Shown: piece by piece, positions 50,176 to 59,327 of the stretch | Layout: each line of letters begins with the position of its first letter | Numbering within the stretch: the stretch's first letter is position 1 | Assembly (NCBI GenBank): GCA_965222075.1 | Contig: OZ244937.1 | Location: 3,232,001-3,296,000, forward strand | Length of the DNA: 64,000 bases | Direction: 5' to 3' | From: Candidatus Latescibacterota bacterium | Lineage (GTDB): Bacteria > Latescibacterota > UBA2968 > GCA-2709665 | Made by a program: the position numbers and the translations under genes | The notes under the pieces: model-generated | The model's database searches: none | What the model was told of the DNA's origin: nothing | The model's input: the letters and a program-made list of their open reading frames with translations, nothing else

Positions 50176-50777
50176 ACCGGGTTACCCTTGCCATTACCGG
50201 CGCCAGCGGCGCAATTTACGCGCTGCGCACCCTGCGGGCCCTGCTGAAGAACGGAGACCGGGTGGATCTGATTGTGTCCGAGTGGGGATGGATGATCCTG
50301 CGGGAAGAAGGCGGTTTTGAGGGGAAGCAGAGCGAGTTTGGAGATTTTCTGGTCGACCGGTACAGGGAGGCGGCGGTGGGAAAGGGAGAGATGACGCTTC
50401 ACCAGTTTGGAGATCTGGCCGCCCCGATTTCGAGCGGGTCCGTCCACGCCGGAGGCATGGTGGTGGTGCCCTGCTCGATGGGCACCCTGGCGGGAATTGC
50501 CCACGGGATGTCGAGCAATCTGATCGAACGGGCTGCGAGTGTGACGCTCAAGGAGCAGCGCCCGCTGGTGCTGGTGCCCCGGGAGACGCCGATGAGTCTG
50601 GTTCACCTGAAGAATATGGTCGCCGCAGCCGAGGCGGGCGCTGCGATCGTACCGGCGATGCCCGCCTTCTATCAGAAACCGCAGACATTCGACGATCTGG
50701 CCGATTTTATCGCCGGGCGGATTCTGAATCTACTCGGGCTTTCCCACACGCTCTTCCCGCCCTGGAAGGGCGAATAG
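50172..50777 (+). CDS. ubiX: Flavin prenyltransferase
   Basis: ITGASG, ISSGS, PCSMGTL, RAA.V.LKE.R, PRETP, PAFY. Confidence 0.94.
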   Translation: MNRVTLAITGASGAIYALRTLRALLKNGDRVDLIVSEWGWMILREEGGFEGKQSEFGDFLVDRYREAAVGKGEMTLHQFGDLAAPISSGSVHAGGMVVVPCSMGTLAGIAHGMSSNLIERAASVTLKEQRPLVLVPRETPMSLVHLKNMVAAAEAGAAIVPAMPAFYQKPQTFDDLADFIAGRILNLLGLSHTLFPPWKGE

Positions 50778-50810
50778 GCCCGCAACCTTCCCGATAGAAC
50801 AAGCCCGTCA

Positions 50811-52451
50811 TCACAGCCCCTGCCACAAATCACCGTCCAGACCCGCCGCATGGCGGTGGGCAGCAGGATCGCCCGCTGCGTAGAACATTCCGCTATCCTG
50901 GTCGACATAAAGCATCACAGGCGTAGCGATCGGCCCCGCCTTTGCCTCGACTTGATGTCCACGCCCGGCAAGCGCTTCCCGAACATGCTGGCTCACCCTG
51001 TCACTGATGGTCAACGATCCGGCCCGGATGAACGCCTGCGCGCGGTCGGGGTTGGGGTCGAACGAGTCCTGGTGATGGGCCGTGGCGAAGCGCGGGGCGG
51101 TGACGGCTATTTCGGGCGGCATGTCGAACTCGATGAAGTCGAGAAGCAAATTCAGGGTTGCCTGGTCCTGCAGATCTCCGCCGGCAACGCTGATCGACAG
51201 AATCGGCAGGCCGTTTTTGAGGACCAGTGTGGGGGTAAGCGTGATACGCGGGCGCTTCCCGGCCTGGATACGGTTTGGATGGCCCGGGGTTGTGTTGAGG
51301 CTGCGCAGGCGGTTGCCGTAGGTCACGCCCGCCTGCCCGCCGTCGATTTTTGGGCGGTAGACGTTGGCGCTGGGCGTGGCGGCGACCACATTGCCCCAGC
51401 GGTCGGCAACCACACAGGTGGTCGTTCCGCCGACCCCCGGCCGAAATACGCCCTCTCCCTTCAGGGGTTTCATGTGATGTGGATCACCCGGTCGGGCTTT
51501 TAGGGAGGCTTTTTGCCTGTCGATCAGAGGCCGGCGGATCTCGGTGTAGGCATCGGAAAGCAGTTCAGATAAAGGGACATCCACAAAGGCAGGGTCTCCG
51601 TAATACGCGTCACGATCGGCCATTGCCAGCTTGAGGGCTTCCACAACCACGTGCACGTAATCTGCCGAGAGGTGTCCCATGGATTTCAGATCAAAGCCTT
51701 CCAGCAGGCGCAGGGCCTGACAGAGATAGGGCCCCTGGGTCCACGGGCCGCATTTGCACACGGTATACCCCTTATAGTTCACCGTTACCGGGTCTTCGAC
51801 CGTCGTGACGTGGGCTGCGAGGTCCGCCTTCCGAAGAAACCCGCCTTTCTGGATGTAAAAGGCTTCCAGCTCATCGGCGATGTCGGTACGATTTCGTCCG
51901 TAGAAGCGGTCGGTTGCGGCCTGCAGTTTTTCCTCGCGGCTTCCGGATGTGCTCTGTTCCTGCTCGACCATCCTGCGAAGGGTGACCGCGAGCCTGGGGT
52001 GCCAGTCCTCCTCTCCCGCGTCCAGAAGGGCCAGTGTGGGCGCCACGGCTTCCTCGTAAGTTTTTGTGCCGTAATGTTTGAGGGTGGTGATGCACAGGTC
52101 CGCAACCGAGGGGACAGGGGCCATTTTCATGTCACCTTCGCCGGGGATCCCGTTTTCCATATACCAGTCGATTGCGGCCTGTGAAAGCGGCGCGCGTCCC
52201 TGGCCGCAGAGCACTTTTACTTCCTGTTTTTTTGCGTCAAAAATAAGGAGGGGTACCTCACCCCCTATGCAGCAGGCGCCGTGATCCGTGACCTGGAGAG
52301 CAAAAATCGTGGCCGCGGCCGCGTCTGCCGCATTTCCGCCCTGTTTCAGAATCTCAATGCCTGCGGCCACGGCATCGGCACCGCCAGCGGCAACGACCCC
52401 TGTTTTGCTCACAGCCTTCCAGCCCATTTCCTGAGTGTTTGTGCCTTGCAT
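50811..52451 (-). CDS. Gamma-glutamyltransferase family protein
   Basis: GGNAADAA, LAMADRDAYYGDP, GTTT..VAD.WGN (Thr nucleophile), GKRPR.TL.P. Confidence 0.9.
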   Translation of the reverse strand: MQGTNTQEMGWKAVSKTGVVAAGGADAVAAGIEILKQGGNAADAAAATIFALQVTDHGACCIGGEVPLLIFDAKKQEVKVLCGQGRAPLSQAAIDWYMENGIPGEGDMKMAPVPSVADLCITTLKHYGTKTYEEAVAPTLALLDAGEEDWHPRLAVTLRRMVEQEQSTSGSREEKLQAATDRFYGRNRTDIADELEAFYIQKGGFLRKADLAAHVTTVEDPVTVNYKGYTVCKCGPWTQGPYLCQALRLLEGFDLKSMGHLSADYVHVVVEALKLAMADRDAYYGDPAFVDVPLSELLSDAYTEIRRPLIDRQKASLKARPGDPHHMKPLKGEGVFRPGVGGTTTCVVADRWGNVVAATPSANVYRPKIDGGQAGVTYGNRLRSLNTTPGHPNRIQAGKRPRITLTPTLVLKNGLPILSISVAGGDLQDQATLNLLLDFIEFDMPPEIAVTAPRFATAHHQDSFDPNPDRAQAFIRAGSLTISDRVSQHVREALAGRGHQVEAKAGPIATPVMLYVDQDSGMFYAAGDPAAHRHAAGLDGDLWQGL

Positions 52452-52573
52452 CAATGTTCTCCTTTGTCTGGATAATTCTGCTTCCATAATCGTGCGCTCG
52501 CAATAACAATGCAACAGGCGACCCGGAATGTCAAGGCGGTTGTTGGGAGCACGAATACCCTGGTATCCCGGGT

Positions 52574-53851
52574 TCAGGAATCCTCGTCGCCTGCGAGGTC
52601 CTCAGCGACTTCCTCTTCGTCCGGCCTGGCTTCGTGCAGGGCGCCAAAGAGGCGCAGGGCAGGAGCGGCGACGGCTGTGGTGAGGGCCACCAGGATGGTT
52701 CCGATGCCACCGCTGACAACGGAGATGACCGGTCCGAACCAGTGGGCGACCAGGCCGGATTCCAGGCCGCCCAGCTCGTTCGAGGCGCCGATGAATACGT
52801 AGTTGACGGCCAATACGCGGCCGCGCATCCGGTCTGGGGTGAGCAGCTGGATAAGGGTTTGCCGGACGACCATGCTGATGTTGTCGAACGCGCCGGTGAG
52901 GGTGAGCATGGCCAGGGAGAGCCAGAACGATTTGGAGAGGCCGAAGAGGATGGTGACCGCGCCAAAGCCCGCCACGGCCAGCAGGAGATTGCGACCGGCG
53001 TGCCGCATCGGGGGAAGGTAAGCCAGGAGGAGGGCCATGCAGAAGGCCCCGGCGGCCGGGGCGGCGCGAAGCCAGCCAAAGCCCTGGGGCCCCACGCGGA
53101 GGATATCTTCGGCGAAGATCGGCAGCAGATAGACGGCGCCGCCCAGGAGCACGGCGAACATGTCGAGGGCCATCAGAGATAGGATGAGGCGGGTGCGCCA
53201 CACAAAGCGGATGCCCGCCAGCAGGTTTTGCAGGGAGGCACGCTCCGCCTTTTCCGGCGCTACCCGGAGGTCCACGCGCGTGAGCAGGGCGATAAAGAAG
53301 AGGGTGCTGGCTGCGCTGAGGCCGTAGGCAGAGGGAACGCTGACCATGACCACAAGGCCACCCAGGGCCGGGCCGACGACCCCGGCCATCTGCATCAGGC
53401 TGCTGTTCCAGGTGACGGCCATGGGGAAGATCTCGAGGGGCACCAGCTGGGGCACCAGGGCCGTTCTGGCAGGGCGGCCCAGAGTCATGACCGAGGCGTC
53501 TAACAGGAGCAATCCGTACATCAGGACGACAGGACCGTTTGCAAGCGAGAGCGCCGCCAGCCCAAGGGATGTGAGGGTCATTCCCAGCAGGCTGAAGGTG
53601 ACGACCCTGCGGCGGTCGAACCTGTCCGCCAAGTAGCCTGCGGGCAGGGCCAGGACGATGGTGGGCAGGGCCTGGGCCAGGCCGACCAGGCCCAGTGATA
53701 GCGCCTGACCAGTGCGTTGGTAAATTTCCCAGCCGATGGCGATGCTCTGGACCTGCGTGCCTACCATGGCGAAAAACCAGCCCAGGATGTAGCGCCGGTA
53801 GTTGCCGATGAGGAAAACCGCATAGGGGTCGTGCTTTTTGGGTTCGGACAT
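52574..53851 (-). CDS. MFS transporter
   Basis: About 12 TM segments, GYLADRFDRRR, DMFAVLLGG, MRGRV. Confidence 0.92.
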   Translation of the reverse strand: MSEPKKHDPYAVFLIGNYRRYILGWFFAMVGTQVQSIAIGWEIYQRTGQALSLGLVGLAQALPTIVLALPAGYLADRFDRRRVVTFSLLGMTLTSLGLAALSLANGPVVLMYGLLLLDASVMTLGRPARTALVPQLVPLEIFPMAVTWNSSLMQMAGVVGPALGGLVVMVSVPSAYGLSAASTLFFIALLTRVDLRVAPEKAERASLQNLLAGIRFVWRTRLILSLMALDMFAVLLGGAVYLLPIFAEDILRVGPQGFGWLRAAPAAGAFCMALLLAYLPPMRHAGRNLLLAVAGFGAVTILFGLSKSFWLSLAMLTLTGAFDNISMVVRQTLIQLLTPDRMRGRVLAVNYVFIGASNELGGLESGLVAHWFGPVISVVSGGIGTILVALTTAVAAPALRLFGALHEARPDEEEVAEDLAGDEDS

Positions 53852-53952
53852 AGGCAGTTATCGCCCACCGCGGGTTGTTTGTGGTTTCACGAGCGGTCTG
53901 GAGTTTCACCCCATCGGCGACCTCTCCCCGGCAGAGGTGCTGCTCTACGACT

Positions 53953-54861
53953 CTATGATTCTATCCATTTCTCTCGTTCCCACTGCTTCTGTCCGATCCG
54001 CTCCACGTACTCCGCTCCCTTGTGCTCCAGCAGCCAGCCCTTCAGTGGCACATCGTCATCCGTCGGCTGCCACCATCCTTTTACATCTACCCCGTCCCCC
54101 AGAAGCTGACGTCGAATCGGATCGCACTTTTCGAGGGTCTCGTCCGGTATCACATTATAGTCGAGACCTCTGAGCCACCGGTAGCTGTACCCGAGGAACA
54201 ACACTTTTCTTGTCACATCGGACGTATTCAATCCCCGCGAATGCCACAACCGTCGGTCGAACAGAACCGCCGTTCCGGCCTTCACCCGAACCTGAACCAT
54301 GTCTTCGAAACCCGCTCCGGTCGGTGAATCCGGACCCCCTTCAGGCTCACGATCCGGCGGCGTGTCGTGCTTGTGGCTGCCCGGGACGATTCGAATCCCG
54401 CCCCGGTCGGGTTGGTCGGTATCCGTCAACCAGAACGCGATTTTCAACGACAATCGCGGATGTGGACGCTCCATTTCCGGCACGGGGCGGCCGCCATCCT
54501 GATGCCAGCCGCCTGCCTTAGGGGCTTCTTCCTGCTTCGGCTTTGGCGGATAGTAAATCAGGTGCGAAATGTAGTGCTGAACATTCCACCCGAGGATATC
54601 CCAGATCAGCGGGAAGGTCCTTGGCCAATCCAGCAGTTCGAGAAAGATGTCCTCTTCGACGATCGTCCGGAACTTCGCCATGATCTCGTTGGGGGCGATC
54701 GCCCGGTTCTTACGTTCTTGGGCATCGACCCGATCAGCGGCTTCCTGCAAGCATCCCACCATCTTGGAATCCAGCGCATCTTCAACGATCAGATAGCCTT
54801 GCTGATCGAAGTGGTCTCGCTGTGCATCCGTCATGCTGTAGTCAAGACATGTAGGTTCCAA
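53953..54861 (-). CDS. PhyH-family Fe(II)/2-oxoglutarate dioxygenase
   Basis: GYLIVEDAL, WHQD, VPGSH, AG..VLFD..LWH; TTG start after GGAGG. Confidence 0.88.
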   Translation of the reverse strand: MEPTCLDYSMTDAQRDHFDQQGYLIVEDALDSKMVGCLQEAADRVDAQERKNRAIAPNEIMAKFRTIVEEDIFLELLDWPRTFPLIWDILGWNVQHYISHLIYYPPKPKQEEAPKAGGWHQDGGRPVPEMERPHPRLSLKIAFWLTDTDQPDRGGIRIVPGSHKHDTPPDREPEGGPDSPTGAGFEDMVQVRVKAGTAVLFDRRLWHSRGLNTSDVTRKVLFLGYSYRWLRGLDYNVIPDETLEKCDPIRRQLLGDGVDVKGWWQPTDDDVPLKGWLLEHKGAEYVERIGQKQWEREKWIES

Positions 54862-54917
54862 TATAACGCCTCCATTACACGTTGTATGGATTGCGACCCC
54901 ACAGCTCCCGCGTACGT

Positions 54918-56492
54918 TCAACCCTTCAGGCCGTTGAGCTCGGTGATTTCCGGATCGGTCAACGCGCGGTTGTAGATGCGCAGATCCCGGATTCTGCCGT
55001 TGAAGGTGTTGTGTTGGCCGGAACCGATTTTGAGCGGTTTGTCGTTGGAAAGGGTGTAGTCGGCCGGGTTGAAGGCGGAGGAAGTGGCCGCGAGGGCGCC
55101 GTCGACGTAGAGCTTGAGTTTGTTACCGTCCCGGATTGCGGCCAGGTGCCGCCAGCCGGGGGCGAGTTCGTGGTCGCAGGTGACGCTTTTGCCAGCCTCC
55201 AGTGAGTAGACGCGGCCGGAAGGGAGGGTGCCGGCGTAGAGTTTGCCGTTGAAGGCGGCCATAGACCAGACGCGGCGGTATTTGACGTCGGGGGTTTTGT
55301 CGAGCTGGCCGGTGAGGGTCCACCTGGTTGCACCATCGTAACGGTAGACCTGGCCGAGCGGGAGGGTGCCGGCGTAGAGTTTGCCATTGAAGACGGCCAT
55401 GGCCATGACTTCCCGCTCCTCGCCCAGGCGGCCGACGTCGGTCCACATCGGCTCCCCATCGTCGCGGAAGACCTTGCCTTCGGGCCAGGTGCCCACGTAC
55501 ATCTGGCCGTTGTGGATGGCAAAAGAGTAGACCTGGGTGACGCCCTCCTGGTTGCCGGCGTTGGACCATTCCGTGCCGCCCTCGTAGCGGTAGACGCCGC
55601 CGCGCCCTTCCCCTTCGTTGCCCGCGCCGTAGAGATAGCCGTCGAAGACGGCCAGTGACATCATCCGCTTGCCGGGGCCGCCGCAGTGGGTCCAGGTACT
55701 TCCCCCATCGTAGCGGAAGACGCCCTGGCTGTAGAGAGGGATGGCGTAGAGCCGGCCTTTGTAGATTGCCATGCCGGCGACGGAGTCGGCGCCTTCGAGG
55801 TGGCCGATGGAGGGCCACTCGCCGCCCCCCTCGTAGCGGTACATGTTCCCGCCCGGGTTCTGGTTCTCGGAGTCGGGAAGGGCGGAGCCGCCGGCTTTGT
55901 ATCGGGAAGAACCGGCGTAGAGCCGGCCCTTGTACACGGCCAGGGAGGCGACGGTGTTGCATTTGTCCGGGCTGCCGCAGTCGATCCATTCGGTCCCGCC
56001 CGCATAGCGGTAGACGTGGCCGGATTCGTCCGCGCCGGTTTCAAAGGTGCCCGCGTAGAGGTCTCCCTCGAAGACGGTGAGGGAGTAGACCCGCAGGTTG
56101 TTGCCGGGACGGCCGCAGTCGATCCATTCCCCGGTCTGCCCGCTGTCGATGCCGAAGTGAACGTGCCGGTAGTTGGACTGGGCGGCGGTGACGCCCGCGT
56201 GGTTCATCAGGCTGAAGTTGAATCCGGTTCGGCTTTCCGGGTCGTATTTCCCCAGGATGTCGCCCAGGACAGTGTCGAGTTCACCTTCCGTATGCACCCG
56301 AACGGAAATGGAGAAGTCGCCGTCGTCCAGGTTGAGGGATTCGCTGTTGGGTACTTCTATGCTGCCGCTCACCCCCCCGCCTGTCGCAGTGAAATCGGCA
56401 CCGTGGTTGTCGCCGTGGTTGCCGTTGCCGGAGCGGTCTTTGCAGTCACCAGTGAGTTTCCAATGGCCGATCAGGCCGGAATCGATGCTCAT
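54918..56492 (-). CDS. LamG-like jellyroll protein with inserted beta-propeller repeats
   Basis: LIGHWKL..D.SG.GNHG at the N-terminus, WRHLA...LYVDG...GRIRDLRIYNRAL at the C-terminus, central repeats of VYRY.GG..W and G.LYAGT. Confidence 0.8.
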   Translation of the reverse strand: MSIDSGLIGHWKLTGDCKDRSGNGNHGDNHGADFTATGGGVSGSIEVPNSESLNLDDGDFSISVRVHTEGELDTVLGDILGKYDPESRTGFNFSLMNHAGVTAAQSNYRHVHFGIDSGQTGEWIDCGRPGNNLRVYSLTVFEGDLYAGTFETGADESGHVYRYAGGTEWIDCGSPDKCNTVASLAVYKGRLYAGSSRYKAGGSALPDSENQNPGGNMYRYEGGGEWPSIGHLEGADSVAGMAIYKGRLYAIPLYSQGVFRYDGGSTWTHCGGPGKRMMSLAVFDGYLYGAGNEGEGRGGVYRYEGGTEWSNAGNQEGVTQVYSFAIHNGQMYVGTWPEGKVFRDDGEPMWTDVGRLGEEREVMAMAVFNGKLYAGTLPLGQVYRYDGATRWTLTGQLDKTPDVKYRRVWSMAAFNGKLYAGTLPSGRVYSLEAGKSVTCDHELAPGWRHLAAIRDGNKLKLYVDGALAATSSAFNPADYTLSNDKPLKIGSGQHNTFNGRIRDLRIYNRALTDPEITELNGLKG

Positions 56493-56505
56493 GTTTGAGT
56501 TCTCC

Positions 56506-56925
56506 TTATCCAAATACGGTTTGGAACCACAGCGGTGATTCATCCACAACCGCCACGCCTTCAACCTGGATGAGGAGGTCGGGGTGGAAGAGGCGGAGGA
56601 CCTCAAGCAGGGTGGCGGCAGGGGCGTCGGGCAGGAATTCGTCGCGGGCTTCCTTAGATGCAGGGAAGTCTTCCATTCGGGTGATCCAGGTGGTGATCTT
56701 GATCAGGTCCGAAAGGTCGCCGCCCGCTTCCTGCAAGATCCGGCGCATGTTCTGGTAGATCTGGCGCGTCTGGATGCGGATATCGCCCTTGCCCACGATA
56801 TTGCCGTCGGCGTCGTGGGCCGCCTGCGCTGAGAGGTAGACCAGGCGGCCGCTTTCGTACCGCGTTGCCATTTTGTAGTTGGCGATCGGTTTTGCTTTTT
56901 CGGGTACGATTGTTGTGTAGGCCAT
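56506..56925 (-). CDS. RidA family protein
   Basis: LVYLSAQ, Q..Q...N....L..AG, PAATL.EV..L....LIQVEGVA. Confidence 0.88.
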   Translation of the reverse strand: MAYTTIVPEKAKPIANYKMATRYESGRLVYLSAQAAHDADGNIVGKGDIRIQTRQIYQNMRRILQEAGGDLSDLIKITTWITRMEDFPASKEARDEFLPDAPAATLLEVLRLFHPDLLIQVEGVAVVDESPLWFQTVFG

Positions 56926-57153
56926 CGGTAATGGAGATGCGCTGGAAGTTTGATGCCCATTGGACCCTGTTCTCTCACCCGTACGGGGATTGGGATTTTC
57001 TGTGAAATCCCCGGCACATGATTGGAGGGGCAGTGTGGAATGTCAACACAAAAAAAGAGGGACCCGGGGAGGATTCTATTGCTCCTTCCCGATTCTGTGC
57101 TTATCTTGGGTGAGGGAAAGGGGCGGCTTAACGTTCTCAACGAGAGGAGGCCT

Positions 57154-58086
57154 ATGTCAGCGGTCCGCTTTGAAGGGGTTTTTCCAATTCTGGTGACGCC
57201 CTTTGACGAGGAGGGGGAGGTTGATCTGGCATCCTTCGACCGTACGGTCCGTTTTATGGTGGATATCGGGGTTGACGGGGTGACGGTTCTGGGGGTTCTG
57301 GGCGAATCCAACCGGATGGTGGATGCGGAGCGCGAGCAGTTGATCCGGATGGCCGTGGATGCGGCGGACGGGCGGATTCCGGTTGTGGCGGGGACCAGTC
57401 ACAGCGGGACGGCAGCGACCCGGACGCTGAGCCGGATGGCGGAGTCCCTGGGCGCGGACGGGGTGATGGTGACGCCACCACGCGAACCCGTGCCGAGCGA
57501 GGCGCGTATTTTCGAGTTTTTCCAGCAGGTCGCAGAGGGGATTTCGATTCCTGTTGTGGTCCAGGACCATCCGGCGTCGACACAGGTGCAGATGTCTGTG
57601 CCGCTGATGCTCCGGCTGATTGATGAGATTCCCCGGGTGGCCTGCATCAAAGAAGAGGCGGTGCCCACCCCGCCCAGGATTGCCGCGCTTTTAGAGGGAA
57701 TGGTGGACCGGCGGGTCTCCATCCTGACCGGGCTGGGCGCGCTTTACGGGTATTTTGACCTGGCGCGGGGGTCGAACGGGTTTATGACCGGGTTTGCGTT
57801 TCCGGAGGTGCTGCTGGCGATGGTGGGGGCCGCACGGGAGGACCGGTTGGATACGGTGCTCGAGATCTACAATCGTTTTCTGCCTCTGATCGTGTTCGAA
57901 CAGCAGCCGGGAGTGGCGGTCCGCAAGGAGGTGTTCCGGCTGCGGGGACTGATTGACAGCAGCCGGGTGCGGCATCCGGGGAGCAATATCGATGGGGAGA
58001 CGGGGGCGCAATTAAGGTCTCTGCTGAAGAGGGTGCTGGGAAGAGTAGACATTACGCAACCGATTGAAGTAAAAAGTGAAAGGTGA
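57154..58086 (+). CDS. Dihydrodipicolinate-synthase-family aldolase
   Basis: LVTPF, LG.LGE, GADGVMVTPP, Schiff-base Lys in CIKEE; AGGAGG RBS. Confidence 0.88.
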   Translation: MSAVRFEGVFPILVTPFDEEGEVDLASFDRTVRFMVDIGVDGVTVLGVLGESNRMVDAEREQLIRMAVDAADGRIPVVAGTSHSGTAATRTLSRMAESLGADGVMVTPPREPVPSEARIFEFFQQVAEGISIPVVVQDHPASTQVQMSVPLMLRLIDEIPRVACIKEEAVPTPPRIAALLEGMVDRRVSILTGLGALYGYFDLARGSNGFMTGFAFPEVLLAMVGAAREDRLDTVLEIYNRFLPLIVFEQQPGVAVRKEVFRLRGLIDSSRVRHPGSNIDGETGAQLRSLLKRVLGRVDITQPIEVKSER

Positions 58087-58100
58087 AAAAGGGGCGTGCT

Positions 58101-59315
58101 ATGAAGATTATCGATGTTGAAATTATCCCGATATATCCGAAGATCGCAACGCGGAATGCGGACCAGAAGGCGCGGTTTCGGGACATCAATTGCCGCACGA
58201 TTTTTAAGGTGAAGACAGACAATGGGGTGGTGGGGTACGGGGACGCCCGGTGTGCGCCGCCGCCAAAGGAGAGCGTGGCGAACGTGGTGGATCGGAATCC
58301 GTTTGATTTTATCAATGCGAATCTGAATACGGGGCTGATGGGGGCGCTTTACGATGTGATGGGCAAGCACTTAGAGGTTCCGGCCTACAAGCTGATGGGT
58401 CAGAAGATGCGCGACCGGGTGCCGGTGGCGGCCTGGACGCGGCCAGCCTCGCCGGAGGATCTGGCGAAAGAGGTCCAGCGGGCGGCGGTTGAGGGGTATA
58501 TGATTTTCAAGATGCACACGTGCACGTATTACGATCTGTTCGAGCAGAACCAGGCGGTCGAGGAGGTGGCGCCGGAGGGGTTCAAGATGCACTATGATTT
58601 CAACCACAGTCGGCCCCTGTCTGCAGTGCTGCACATTATTCAGGAACTGGAGAAGTCGCCGGTGGTGGGGCTTATCGAGGACCCGCTGTTTTTGTGGGAT
58701 ACCGATGGGTGGCGGCGCCTGCGCGAGCAGACGCGCCTTCCAATCCTGATGCACGTGCCGCAGCTCGGCGGAGGGCCGGAGATCATCCAGGGATGCGCAG
58801 ACGCGTATATGGTGGGCGAGGGAGGGATCGGGCCGACGCTGTGCCGGGGGTTTGCATGCGCAGAGGCCAATATTTCCACGGTGATCCAGCTTACCGGAGG
58901 GACGCTGACGAAGGCGATGGCGATGCACATGGGCGCGGTGCTGCCCCTGGTGATGCATTCAACCAATCTGGATGACCAGTATGAGGAAGATGTGGTTAAA
59001 GAGCGAATCGAGGTGGCGGAGGGGTCCTCACCCGTTCCGGAAGGCCCGGGCCTGGGGGTGGAGGTGGACGAGGAGACGCTGGCTGTGGCGGCGGCCAACG
59101 GGCCGACGGAGATTCCCCGGCACATGGGGGTGCTGCACCTGCCGGGCGGGCACAAGGTGTATACGCATTCGTTTCCGAATGTGAGCAAGCTGACCGGGTT
59201 CCCGGAGGGGAATATCCGGGGAATCCGGCTGGAGATATGGGACGACGATGGGTCATCGGAGTTTGAAGAGATGTACGAGCGGGTTGGGAAGGAGGGAGCG
59301 GTTTGGGAGAAGTGA
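58101..59315 (+). CDS. Mandelate racemase/muconate lactonizing enzyme family protein
   Basis: VKTDNG.VGYG, ALYD..GK...VP.Y.L.G, FKMH, DFN, IEDP, GPGLGVE. Confidence 0.88.
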   Translation: MKIIDVEIIPIYPKIATRNADQKARFRDINCRTIFKVKTDNGVVGYGDARCAPPPKESVANVVDRNPFDFINANLNTGLMGALYDVMGKHLEVPAYKLMGQKMRDRVPVAAWTRPASPEDLAKEVQRAAVEGYMIFKMHTCTYYDLFEQNQAVEEVAPEGFKMHYDFNHSRPLSAVLHIIQELEKSPVVGLIEDPLFLWDTDGWRRLREQTRLPILMHVPQLGGGPEIIQGCADAYMVGEGGIGPTLCRGFACAEANISTVIQLTGGTLTKAMAMHMGAVLPLVMHSTNLDDQYEEDVVKERIEVAEGSSPVPEGPGLGVEVDEETLAVAAANGPTEIPRHMGVLHLPGGHKVYTHSFPNVSKLTGFPEGNIRGIRLEIWDDDGSSEFEEMYERVGKEGAVWEK

Positions 59316-59327
59316 GAGGGGAGTGAG

